Source: Mobula birostris (taxonomy: Eukaryota). Taken from it: a stretch of 64,000 nt of DNA. The position numbers and the translations under genes are program-made. The notes beneath the pieces are model-generated. The model did not search any database. It worked only from the letters and a program-made list of their open reading frames with translations, and was not told the origin of the DNA. How positions within the stretch are numbered: position 1 is the stretch's first letter; each line of letters begins with the position of its first letter. Positions 13,063 through 25,372 of this stretch are shown here, in pieces. The DNA is taken from the NCBI RefSeq assembly GCF_030028105.1, contig NC_092385.1, positions 42,271,433-42,335,432 on the forward strand, in the 5' to 3' direction.

Positions 13063-14899
13063 ATAATTAATAGACCTCAATGAACTGTTAAAGAAACTGA
13101 TATCTCAAGGTTGGTTGGTTATTACTGCCTTATCGAACTATTCCACATGGTGTTATTTTGTAAAGATGCTTTCACCAGACTTTAGTGTTCACTCAGAAAC
13201 TAGCCAGTACAACAAACAGATGCAATACAGTTTTATGTGAAATCATTCAACAACAGCCTAGCAAAGTTCCAAGTATAGAGCAGAATGTATGATCATGATG
13301 TGGAAATTACAAACCTTTTCATTATAAGATATGAAGAACTTTATCTTTTACCTTTACGACTTCCATATCTTTTGAACAGCAGCATATAAGATTATATGCG
13401 TGCACATGCTCATCCAAAGGATTACAGAGGAAATGAGTCTTGGCAGTATTAATATATCTTTTTTATACCCGTAAACATACATAATCAGAGTGCTTACAGT
13501 GACAGAATCAGGTCAGTTGATCCAAAAAATTTCAAGTTGGCATAGTTGCTACATGGGAGGGGGAGTGTGATCCAGATGGTCAGGTAAACAGAGAGATGCA
13601 AAGGGAAGGTCAAGGACAATTCATATAATAAGGTTGGATTTATTTTTGTAATTCTTAATCAACATCATATGGCTGGTCATTACAGTCCTAAATATTTATC
13701 TATGTTTGTAAAATATAAGAATATGAAGAAAATTAAAATAGGAATATGCTATTTAACAACCTATCATTTAAGATCATTGCTGGTCCTTTAGTTCAACTCT
13801 ATGTTTGCACTCCTAAATGTCCGAAACAACATTATTCACCAGCATGTATATAAATTTAACAGAAGAGCTAAATCGAAAGGAACATACTGCTCATTTCATC
13901 CAGTTTCGATGGCCTCTGACAATACATGTTCAACCACCCTGCTTTAAAATAACTCAAATATCTAAAGATAAATAATCTCACTGCCAATTAACACAGCTTC
14001 ACTAGAATGGTGAAGCCCTAATTGTATGCAATAAAATCATTCAATTACTAATTCAATTATTTTTTTGCATCATTGCATGCTAAATATCTGGAATGGTTCA
14101 TATAATGATAAATAATATGAGACTTTCTCTTCTCAAAACTAATGAACATTTAACCAAGAAAGATGGTTTCAATAGTAGCAGTTTACCAAGATCAGTCATT
14201 AAAAGGCACCAAGACTAAAATTAACAATCTGTAGACCTTTATAATTGGTCCCTCAGGGGCCAGCCACCATTTCTATCAATACAGGAAATTCCCAATCCAA
14301 AGTTCCAAACATCAAAATAACTGTAGTTGTTGTGTATTGCTACAGTAGCACTAATTTACATACTTATGAAAAGACAAATCCATGGAGGAAAATAACAGTT
14401 TATGCCATTCCAATATTTTAAATGGTGAAAATGACAAACGGTTATTTTATTGACAGCTAGTGATTTTAGACCTAAAATAAACTAATACAGAATGCAACTA
14501 CCTCAGCTGCAGTCTTATAAAACAAATCTATCTTCTGTCTTTGTCAGGAATCCAGTGAAGAGAACGTCAGATACATTGTGCCACAATTAATTATTCATGT
14601 AACCTTTATTTTGGATCATTTGTACTAAATCAGAAATACAATGCATATCTTATTTTAATTAAGTTCCTATTTGAGGTGACGTAGTGTAACACTGTGATAT
14701 CAAACAACCTCCATGACTTGATGCAAGAGCCCCCAGGAGAAAATATGAAAATATTTTCAGATTATCTTGCAACAATTCACAAAATAAGCTAACACTTATC
14801 AGGACATTTATAATAACTACCAATCATAGATTCTCCTTTGACGATGTGTTTTACTTTACTTATGGATTCAGTAGTGAATTGATTAGATTGTAACATTTC

Positions 14900-15075
14900 A
14901 GCAGAACATGCAGGAAACATCCAGTCAGTCAGGCAACACCAGTGGAGAGATGAAATGAGTTAATTTTGCAGCTTAGAAGTGTGAAATGTTAATTCTTTTT
15001 CTCTTTCAACAGATGCTGCTAGATCTGCTGAGAATTTCGACATTTTTTGTCTTTATTACAGATTCTCAGCATCAG
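14900..15075. mobile_element. Old fold-back Penelope-terminus element
   Basis: Left arm gtcaggcaacaccagtggagaga is loosely inverted relative to right arm tctctttcaacagatgctgctagatctgctgag. Confidence 0.5.
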
Positions 15076-15439
15076 ATGTTTCATTTTTATAGATTCTCAG
15101 CCACTTATTCGATTGCAGCAACATAGGCCTGAGTAAATGCTGCAAATTCCTTGCCTCATTTCAAAGAACAGACTAAAAATGTGAAGAACATTTCAGATAT
15201 TCAAATATTCAACTTGCATGGAATTTAAATAAGATTCTTTATTTGTTATGATTGAGTCATTTTAAAATGGCCAACATTTGTGACTGACCTACTAAAAAAC
15301 ACTGATGCTATCTGACCAGATATGAAGGATGACAGGATAAAATTAATAATCTGTAAAATACGTTTGTGTGAGAAGAGAAAAGATATCAGCTGAATGCTAC
15401 TGCCGTGCGTGTGTGTGTGTGTACACACAGAGACACCCA

Positions 15440-16222
15440 GACTGGATTCCGGTTGATTGGGACACACCAGGTCAAATACATATTTTGGTCCAATTAAGCG
15501 GCTGGCCCAATTAGTTGAAGATTCATGGAAATATTTAGAAAGGTATATATAAGATAAACTACCACTTAATTGAATAACAAATTATGTATTTAATTGAAAC
15601 AAAGAACACTATCAATACTAGTACAGTATTATAAAACTGTGTATTAGTTAATGATGGAGGAATTATGCAGTCTTTTTCTTTTGATTGACTGTAAATGAGC
15701 AAAATCACTGCAAGCACATAGTGGAGATAATGGACTGCCTTCATTCAATTTTTGACAATTGCATCTTCCAAATCTTCATTTTTATTGTAACATTCAAGAT
15801 GATTGTCAATACTTTCAAATTCTGTAGTTCTTAACTTGTTGAAGTAGTGAAATGGTTTCATTTTCACTCCTGGCCACTTCTGACATCTCTAAGCCTGAAT
15901 GCTTGAAACTGCAGTGAACAAAACTATCCTGAATTGTTTTACTGCTTATTTCTCGTCAATTGTCAGTGACAAAAAACAAACACATACATACACAACTGAC
16001 ACTATCTAAAAACTGTTTGCTCTAAGCAGGATGTAGTGTTAATGGTTGCACAAGTGCACGCATTTGATGCTAGTTAGAATTTGTTTGGAATAGATTCCTG
16101 CCCCAATTAGGTAGCACAGAGTCCTAAATAAACAATAGAATTCCAACAATTTCCTCAATTAGTTTTTGTTCTTTAAATAAGTGGTTGTCCCGATTAACCA
16201 ATAGCTCAATTAACTAGAATCC

Positions 16223-16226
<4 letters not shown>
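15440..16226. mobile_element. Non-autonomous pogo/Tigger-like DNA transposon (MITE)
   Basis: Imperfect TIRs (tggattccggttgattggg and ctcaattaactagaatcca) and repeated subterminal ccaattaa-type motifs; GT repeats near both ends. Confidence 0.7.

Positions 16227-16259
<33 letters not shown>
16225..16259. repeat. (TG)n microsatellite
   Basis: Perfect TG run of ~17 units. Confidence 0.95.
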
Positions 16260-16263
<4 letters not shown>

Positions 16264-17769
16264 CATTACATGTATAGATCAATCATGTTTGACATCAGAT
16301 GAACTTGACTACTAATTCTTTTCTCTTGTTTGAGATGTCTAATAATCACGCATAGTACTATGCATTCAACCTCAAAGGCATAAATGACTGTACTGCTGGA
16401 ATCTTAAACACTGGTGCTGCAAACTTTCATTTTTCATATACATGTCTCCAACAAATTCATGAAAACACTAAGTAGTTGTCAAACACTTACCATAAAGTAG
16501 CATCTAAATGAAGTTATAGTCATCTCCTTAGTAGAAGCCTTGAAAAGATCAATAACCACTTCCTGCTTAGGTGCATGTAGACGTGGTTGAATGGAAAAAA
16601 GTCAGGACTCCTTTATGTACTCTTAATTAGTCCTTTCAAATGTTTAAATATCATATTATATTACATTAAGACACACTAGCAGGTCCTAATGGTTCAAATT
16701 TCACAACTGCTTTTTCAGAGATTATGGATGATATAGCAAGCCTTTTACCGGGTTCCTGTTCGCTGATGCTGTATCAATTTGGCCATGAATAATTTATGCA
16801 GTCAAAGTAGAATCCCAGTAAGATAGTACAGGTCTTTTTTTTATCAGCTCTTCTATGGTCTATTGATTTCAGAGTACAACACATTTAATATAGAACAATA
16901 ACCATGCCTGTTAGGTGAATTGCTTAGATTAAAATAGGTTAGTGTTCCCTTTTAAAATGTACTGTAATATCAATATCAAAATAATTGCTTGAAGAAATAC
17001 ACTGTTCCTATGTATCCCTCATCATTCTTCTGTTCTCCAGTAAATGATTTCTCAAAAGTTTACTTCTTTGTGCTGCAGTATTCAAGCACATCTATTTTCT
17101 CAACAAAAGGAAAACAAATAAAGCAATATTTTTATAAATTTACACAGAAGAATCTTTAACAGTTCAGTGAATGTAAGAAAAATATGGATGTCAAAATATC
17201 TACCATCACATATCAGTGTAAGAATGCAGAATTACTTTTCATTCAGCATTCTGTTTTAGTCAAAACACCAACAAAAGCACCCTTAAATGTTTTATGAATA
17301 AATACCTATCTCTGATGTTCTTATACATTCCATCTGCTTGAACAGTTTAAATGTAGGCTTGTAGCTGATGAGATTCAATGGCTGGATTCAACCCAAATCA
17401 ATTTAATCCAAGTCAATTAATCTTGAAAGTAAAGACTCCAAAAGTCCAGTAATCAATGGTATAAAGGTCCATAATGAGAATGCACCAAAATTATTCAATG
17501 CAAATTACACCAATGCTTCCCACCCAGATACAAATATAAATGAAATATTAAATTTGAAACAAAATATTTTATCAGTAAGCATTAAGAAGCCTTATTATTA
17601 GCAATGCTATGTACATATATTGCATACGCAACGCATAACTAGCTGTCATTGTTATTGTTACAAATGATATGTATCACATTTGAAGTTCAGATAAAAGAAT
17701 GAAATGCCACAACAAAGAGTAGACCAGAAAAGTAAATTTAATTCTAGAAGAATCATCTGCAGACAATAT

Positions 17770-18052
17770 ATGCTCAGGAGCCACTTTATAAGGTACATCC
17801 TGTACCTAATAAAATGGCCACCGAGTGTATGTTTATTGTCTTCTGCTGCTGTAGCCCATCCACTTCAAAGTAGGACATGATGTGCATTCAGAGATGCTCT
17901 TCTGCACATCACTGGTGTAATATGTGGTTATCTGAGTTGTTGTCAGCTTTTTGTCAGCTTGAACCAATCTGGCCATTCTCCTCTAACCTCTCTCATTGAC
18001 AAAGCATTTTCATCCACAGAACTGTCGCTCACTGGATGTTTTATGTTTTTTG
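17770..18052. mobile_element. Truncated non-autonomous Tc1-like element
   Basis: Head-to-head TIR pair gccactttataaggtaca..tgtacctaataaaatggc, followed by cttctgctgctgtagcccatccacttcaa, typical of fish Tc1 derivatives. Confidence 0.75.
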
Positions 18053-18193
18053 AATACAATCACTGCAACCTATAAGGTTTATATTATAGAAGGGACTATT
18101 CAAGCCAAATTAAAATTATTTTTTAAAATATTGTTTTGACTTGCAACTGGTCTCTTCTTTAGCATTATCTTTATAGGTTGCAGTGATTGTATT
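18053..18193. repeat. Perfect 23-bp inverted repeat with 95-bp spacer
   Basis: aatacaatcactgcaacctataa (18053-18075) is the exact reverse complement of ttataggttgcagtgattgtatt (18171-18193). Confidence 0.9.
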
Positions 18194-18199
18194 TTCATC

Positions 18200-18730
18200 C
18201 TTAGTGAGCTAGTCATGAAACCAAGCTCTGGCACAGAGCACCCAGTGCATCAGGTACCATATAAAACAATGCAAAGTTTTGGTCTCCCTTCACAACAAAA
18301 AGTGTACTTGCTTCAGGAAATGGTGTGGCTAAGGTTTACTGGATAGATTCCTATGGTGAGAGGATTGTTATAAAAGCAGATACCAAGTAGAAAAATCTTG
18401 TATTCCACAGAGATCGGAAAAATGATAGATGATCTCAGTGAAAGGTACAGATTTCTTTAATAATTTGTTAAATTAGGTGCTAAAAGACTGCCTTCAGTTA
18501 AAGAATCTATTCCTAGGGGGTCACAATCTCAGTCAAATGGCTGGCCATTCAGGATTGAAGTGAGAAATTCTTCACTCATACAATTGAGAATTACTGGAAT
18601 TCTCTATCCTGGATGGCAACTGAAAGTCAGCTGTTGAGTTCATTCAAGACTTTGATCAATGTATTATTGCACACTGAGGGACTCAAAGAACATGGGAACA
18701 AAGTGGTAAAATGGGAATGGGGTAGAAAGT
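18200..18730 (+). mobile_element. Old CR1 3' fragment
   Basis: Relics of FWSP (ttttggtctccct), RGHNL (gggggtcacaatctc) and RNFFT..WNSL (gagaaattcttcactc..tggaattctcta). Confidence 0.65.
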
Positions 18731-21067
18731 CAGGTAAGTTTTATTACATGGCCACAATCCTTTCTACTCTTGTATAGACAAATCACATTTATGTCACATT
18801 TTCTGTCTTGAATGTTAAAGCTTAAGCTTTGGCCATCCATTATGACAATATCAAAATTACTAGACAATTCTCCACTATCCAATTTTGATTTGTAACAGAT
18901 CAATTTCTGTGTTAGCCTGCACACAGTAACAAATTTGTGGTGAAGTGCTTTAGGACAACTAAAGTTGGAAAAAGTAACAGGTATTCCCTTATGCATTTTA
19001 ACTATGCTGGTTCCAGGATTTTGGTGCTACTCAATTTAGAGATCCAAAATTTTAACACACACATTTAAGAGGTTTGTATGAAAATACCATTTTTTCATCC
19101 AATGAGATTTATTTCCCATAAAGTAGGTATATTAATTTTTGCTAAATAATGGATTCTGGGAATAACTAGGCAATAACAGCAAACTGACCAGGAAACTTTG
19201 ATAGTACTTTTGTAAAAACAAAGCTAAAGAACATTAGTTTTTACAATAGGATATTTTCTGTAAACCCATTATCTTCTTTGCACAGTTTAGCAGGGTGAAA
19301 TTTAGTTTTCTCAAGAGCTTTTGTGTCTGTGGTGCATATCCTGGAGAAAAATAGAGCACTCTATGCATTTGACATATGCTGACATCTACAAGAAAAAATG
19401 ATGTTAACTCATCAAGAATCTCTTGGTATTAGAATATGTAGATGGTTATTTGTTATAACAATAACACTATATACTATATACTTTGCAAATGGAAACATTC
19501 ATATTTATTTTGATCCTGCAGGAGTTTTTCCAACCATCACTAGTGAATAGGGCGGATGTTAAAGAAAAAGTCTCCATGCTTGAAATGGTGCAGTCTGATA
19601 ACTTAATCAGTTAAGAACTGAACTTACTAATTCAATAACAAAGTAAATTTTAAATATTTTCTTCAGGGTAATATTAGAAATAAAGTTTGCCTGAGAAAAT
19701 AAAGCACCTTCTCTTTGAGAATGATGCTTGAGTTAACTTCAGTGAATGTAACATTTTGCTCTGCAAATAAACCACCTTATGGAACTATCCAAAAAAAAAC
19801 ACTAATTAGAAGTTGATAGTATTAAATATATGGGTGCCACAGTCAATCTGATAGCCTTGATTTTATTCCAAAGACTACATTTTATAGTTATAATTTCCTA
19901 CTACATATCATTACCATAAAATGTGGGAGCTAGTAATCAGAGCAAAACAATCTTGGCCAAAGGATTGCAGACAAGTGTTTTTTTAAGTACCCTGAGACAT
20001 AAATCATTGCACAGTACAATTTTATTATCCACTACAATTTAATGGCTTCATTATATTAAACCATCTTCCCAATTTTATCAAAGAGAATAAAATTAATAAG
20101 TCAAATTTACACCTTTTCCACTTTCCTGCAATGACATATGGCTGGAATTTACTTGATCTTCCAGGAGAGGTTCTTGAACTCATAATGCAATTGTTTCAAA
20201 TTCAATATGGCAGGAAACTACCCAGTCAATATCATACCTGTTAGTCAGGGATCAGTCATTAATCCAATGATGGACAATGCACATAGCTTTCTCCAGAGTA
20301 ATGAAGTTTAACAAAAAACACAAATATAAAACAGAAGCGCGTCAAACTCTACTATTAAGCCTTTCTGTTATAGTATAGGAAAGGAGACAATATTTGAAAA
20401 TACAACAAACCATTGGTTCTTTACTTGCAATTAGAAGAAATACACTATACTTTTGACAGGTGAAAAGCTGATTATTGCACTTTCCTTGGAATTGATAATG
20501 TATTTATGTAGACCTGTATTGGTTTTCCTAAGTATTCCATTTCATTTTTCCCTATATGGAGCTGCAGAGGTATCATAGCACACTTTGCAGTATATTCTAA
20601 CTAAGGAGAGCTGCCAAACAATCAATAATCCCATCATTTTCAAGGGGTTATTGACCTTGTGGATAAAACAAAGTATTGAATCTAAGCTATCTTGTTTTAA
20701 TTTTTATCTCCTTGTTTTTGATCTTTAGAATTTTTCTAGCTGTAAGTATATATTCTTTAACTCATAAAATAGGAATTTTATAATTTATTTGGATAAATGA
20801 ATATCATGAAATGCTTCAAAACTCTTTGCTAACACTGTCAGGGGACTCAAAATGATGGCTTTATGCTACATTGTCTGGGATCTAAAGATCCATTTGAACC
20901 TGCTTTAATAGCATGTCTGGTAAGTGTAGAGGTCAACTTGTTCAACTTTCCCATCTGGAACAAGTCTGCAAAAATGGGAACAACTGACAATGGTTCTGGA
21001 CAGAAACTGGAATAATCCAACTCAACATAATATCCAGATTTTCTGCTGTGTGAAGAAGACTTCATAT

Positions 21068-21792
21068 AAGCACAAAATAATCTGCAGATGCTGGGGTCAA
21101 AGCAACACTCACAACACACTGGAGGAACTCAGCAGGTCGGGCAGCATCCGTGGAAACGATCAGTCAACATTTCGGGCCGGAACACTTCATCAGGACTGTA
21201 GAGGGAAGGGACAGAGACCCTATAAGGAAGGCAGGGGGAGGGTGGGAAGGAGAAGGCTGGTAGGTTCCAGGTGAAAAACCAGTAAGGGGAAAGATAAAGG
21301 GGTGGGGGAGGGGAAGCAGGGAGGTGATAGGCAGGAAAGGTGAAGAAGGAATTGGGAAAAACACAATGGGTAGTAGAAGGAGGTGGAACCATGAGGGAGG
21401 TGATAGGCAGCTTGGGGAGGGGGCAGAATGACATAGGGATAGAGGAAGGGAGAGGAAGGGAATTACCGGAAGTTGGAGAATTCTATGTTCATACCAAGGG
21501 GCTGGAGACTACCTAGACGGTATATGAGGTGTTGCTCCTCCAACCTGAGCTTAGCCTCATCATGGCAGTAGGGGAGGCCATGTTTGGACATATCTCAATG
21601 GGAGTGGGAAGCAGAGTTGAAGTGGGTGGCTACTGGGAGATCCTGTCTGTTGTGGCAGACAGAGCGGAGGTGCTCGACGAAGCCGTCCCCCAATCTGCGT
21701 CGGGTTTCGCCAATGTAGAGGAGGCCGCACCAGGAACACTGGATGCAATAGATGACCCCAGCAGACTCACAAGTGAAGTGTTGCCTCAACTG
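21068..21792 (-). mobile_element. Penelope-like element 3' part (GIY-YIG endonuclease and terminal repeat)
   Basis: ORF 21595-21789 reads RQHFTCESAGVIYCIQCSWCGLLYIGETRRRLGDGFVEH (GIY-YIG motif), followed by a CT-rich 3' UTR and a hammerhead-type terminus. Confidence 0.92.
21161..21198 (-). ncRNA. Minimal type I hammerhead ribozyme motif (degenerate)
   Basis: Minus strand reads cagtc-CTGATGA-agtgttccggccc-GAAA-tgtt-gactg: stem I cagtc/gactg with both core boxes, but stem III is mutated. Confidence 0.6.
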
Positions 21793-22047
21793 CCCTCAAC
21801 AGTTTTGTATACCTTGTGCCAGAAAATATCCCTTCCTCAGCATCATTTCCTGATTGAACAACTTATTGTAATAAATACAAATGAGGAAATAAAAGGCATT
21901 TTTATTAAGCTGCTATATTTGAGAAAGTAGGATTCAAAGAATCATGAAAACAAATTAAATCAAAACTAAACTATCTGAATTCAAAAGAACTTATTATTTT
22001 AAAAACAATGGTTACATTATTCTTCAGTGGAAACTATATTCCATATA

Positions 22048-23674
22048 CAGTGCCAATGAAAAGTATTCACCCCCCACCCCCTTGGAAGTTTTCATATCTT
22101 ATTGTTTTACAACATTGAATCTCAATGGATTTAATTTGGCTTTTTTAACACTGATCACTAGAAAAAAGATTCTTTCATGTTAAAGTGAAAGCAGATCTCT
22201 ACAAAGTGATCTAAACTAATTACAAATATAAAACACAAAATAATTGATTGCTTAAGTATTCGTCCCCTTTAACATGACACACCAAATCATCACTGGTGCA
22301 GCAAATTGGTTTTAGAAGTTACATAGTGAGTTAAATGAATATCTGTTTTCAGAGATCACTGTGTGCAGTCAAGGTGTTTCAATTGATTGTAGTGAAAATA
22401 CACCTGTATCTGGAAAGTCTAGCTGCTGGTGAGTCAGTGTCCTGGCAAAACCTATTCCATGAAGACAAAAGAACACTCCAAGCAACTCCATGAAAAGATA
22501 ATTGAAAAGCACAAGCAGGAGATGGATACAAGAAAATTTCCAAGTCACTGAATATCCCTTGGAGTACAGTTAAATCAATCATTGTGAAAAGGAAAGAAAA
22601 TAGCACAGCTGTAAAACTGCCTAGAGCAGGCCGTTCTCAAAAACTGAGTGACCGTGCAAGAAGGGGACTAGTGTGGGAGGCCATCAAAAGACCTATGACA
22701 ACTCTGGAGGAGTTACAAGCTTCAGTGGCTGAGATTGGAGAGACTGCACATACAACAACTGTTGCCCGGGTGCTTCACTAGTCACAACTTTATGGAAGAG
22801 TGGCAAAGAGAAAGCCATTGTTGAAAAAAACTCATGAAATCTCAGCCGGACTTTGCCAGAAGGCACATGGGAGACTCTGAAGTCAGCTGGAAGAAGATTC
22901 TATGGTCTGATTAAACAAAAATTGAGCATTTTGGCCATCAGACCAAACACTATGTTTGGCAGAAGCTGAACAGCTCACATCATCAAAAACACACCATACC
23001 TACCATGAAACATAGTGGTGGCTGCATCATGCTGTGGGGATGCTTCATTGCAGCAGGCCCTGGAAAGCTTTTGAAAGTAGAGGGTAAGATTAATGCAGCA
23101 AAATACAAGGGAATACTAAAGGAAAATGATGCAGACTGAAACAGAACTGCGACTTGGGAGAAGATTTATTTTGTAGCAAAACAATGATCCCAAACATAAA
23201 GCTAAACCCAGGAATGCCTTAAAAAACAACAAAGTTAATGTCCTGGAGTAGCCATGTCAGAGTCCAGACCTCAATCCAATTAAGAATTTGTGTCTGGACT
23301 TGAAAAGGACTGTCCATTCACAATCCCCAAGCAATCAGAGAGAGCTTGAGCAGTTTTGTAAAGAAGAATGGGGGAAAAAATTGTGGTGTCCAGATGTACA
23401 AAGCTGATAGAAACCTATTCACACAGATTCAATGCTATAATTGCTGCCAAAGGTGCATTTATGAAATACTCACTTGAAGGGGGTGAATTATTTTTGTAAT
23501 AAATTTAGTTCACTTTGCAGAGATCTGTTTTAACGTTCACACAAAAGAGTATTTTCCTGTTGATCAGTGCCAAAAAAAGCCAAATTAAATCCGCTGTGAT
23601 TTAATGTTGTAAAACAATAAAACATGAAAACTTCCATGGAGAGTGATGGTGGTGAATACTTTTTATAGGCATTG
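22048..23674 (+). mobile_element. Full-length decayed Tc1 transposon (~1.63 kb, long TIRs, TA TSD)
   Basis: Starts TA|cagtgc and ends gcattg|TA, with ~190-bp imperfect TIRs enclosing a transposase relic. Confidence 0.93.
22459..23475 (+). pseudogene. Tc1 DDE transposase pseudogene
   Basis: Reads [80 protein letters not shown], with frameshifts and stops. Confidence 0.9.
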
Positions 23675-24277
23675 TATGTGTGTTTTGTTCCCCAGGGCTC
23701 AGGGGTGCTGATCTGCAATGGTGCCGTAGAACACTGTTTAGAACTCAGTTACACTCACTTCAACAATGCATAACAATTTCAGCGGATTTCTATATTAAGA
23801 ATAGTTCAAGAAGTTGAAGTTAATTTCAATTCATTGATTCAGTGCTGTTTACCATGGCACGCATGGCACGGTATCACTGACAGCAATCTTTGGATTACTG
23901 CACTTAATTGCACATATTTAGATGACAGAAGTTGCCTTCGGTATCACAATGTAAAGACAGGAAATAGGGTTGGCATCCTTCGAACTGCAAATTCCTGTTC
24001 ATTGCAAAGTACACTTCCTTCTTCACATCAAAGGCTGAATCTGTAAAATTGCTTGAAATACTTAAGGCAATTGTACTCAGAGAAAAACTTAAAGTACAAA
24101 AATGCAATGCAATTGTATTGGCTATATTGTGCAACTAATATTTTACCTACTTTTTCACTGTGTAACAAAATAACTCCATGATCTATCTTGTCAGACCATA
24201 ATAAATATGGCATTTTAAAATGCATGATAAAGTATTAGAAGATGTAGTCTGAGCAGGTACTGAATGAAGCCATGAGG

Positions 24278-25372
24278 CCACAAGAACATAAGACATTCTG
24301 TAGGAGCAGAATTAGGCCATTCAGCCCATCAAGTCTGTTCCTCATACCATCATGGTTGATTATTACCCCTCTTAACCCCATTCTCCTGCCTTCTCCATAT
24401 AACCTTCAATGTCTAAGCTAATCAAGATCCTACCAACCTTGATTTTAATTGTACCCAATGATTGGCCTCCATGGCCACCTATAGCAATGAATTTCACAAA
24501 TTCATTAGCCTTTGGCTAAAGAAAATGCACTTTACCTCTGTTCAAAATGAATGTCCCTCTATTCTGAGGCTGTGCTCTCTGGTTCTAGACTCCTCTACTA
24601 TAGGAAATATCCTCTTCATAACCACTCCACCTAGGCCTTTCAATACTCGATAGGTTTCAATGAGATCCTCCCTCATCCTTCTAAATCCCAGTGAGTATAG
24701 ACCCAGAGGGTCCTCAAATGCTCCTCATATGTTAACCCTGTCATTCCCAGAATCATTCATGTGTATATCATCTGGGCCCTCTCTAATGTCAGCTCAACAT
24801 TTCTTAGATAGGGGTCCCAAAATGGCTCATAATACTCCAAATGCAGTCTGGCCAATGCTTTATATAGCCTCAGTATTACATTCATGGTCCTCTTAAAATT
24901 AACGCTGACAATGTATTTGCTTTCATTACCTTCGGCTTTACCTTGTAAGTTAACCTTTGGGGAATCCTGCATGAGGACTCCCAAGTCCCTTTGTATGACA
25001 ATGTCAGGTCATATGGGAGTCAACATATCATCCTGGTGTCTCTTTTACATCTACAGAATCTCCTGTCTACTTCCCTTAACATAAAATGTCTTATCACTAC
25101 TGCACTCCTCTTCTTCCCTGCCACCCCCCACCCCCCCGAGCTGCAGATCCACACTCTGTGCCAGAGACCTGACTGCTATGGCTTTTTACTGTTCGGTCAT
25201 CCCCTTTCCAACAGTATCCAAAGCAGTATTCCTGTTGTTGAGGGGAATAACCACAGGGGTACTCTGCACTAGCTTCCTATCCCCTTTCCCTCGACTGGTG
25301 CTCACCCTGTTACCTGTGTCCTGCACCTTGGGTGCAACTACTGTACCTCCCTGTATGTCCTGTCGATCATAA
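24278..25372 (-). mobile_element. Internally deleted CR1 (3' ORF2 end joined to an ORF1 segment)
   Basis: LYKALARLHLEYYEPFWDPYLR (ORF2 C-terminal) lies next to PKVQDTGNRV..QSTPVVIPLNNRNTALDTV (CR1 ORF1-like); junction near 25000. Confidence 0.8.

Noticed and set aside
16491-16562. Possible minus-strand 72-nt exon (EVVIDLFKASTKEMTITSFRCYFM) with a gtaagt donor
   Set aside because: The acceptor lacks an adjacent polypyrimidine tract and the peptide is unrecognised.
21200-21465. G-rich purine tract with G-quadruplex potential and Pro-rich ORFs
   Set aside because: It is the ordinary CT-rich 3' UTR of the Penelope element, as also seen at ~34630-34925.
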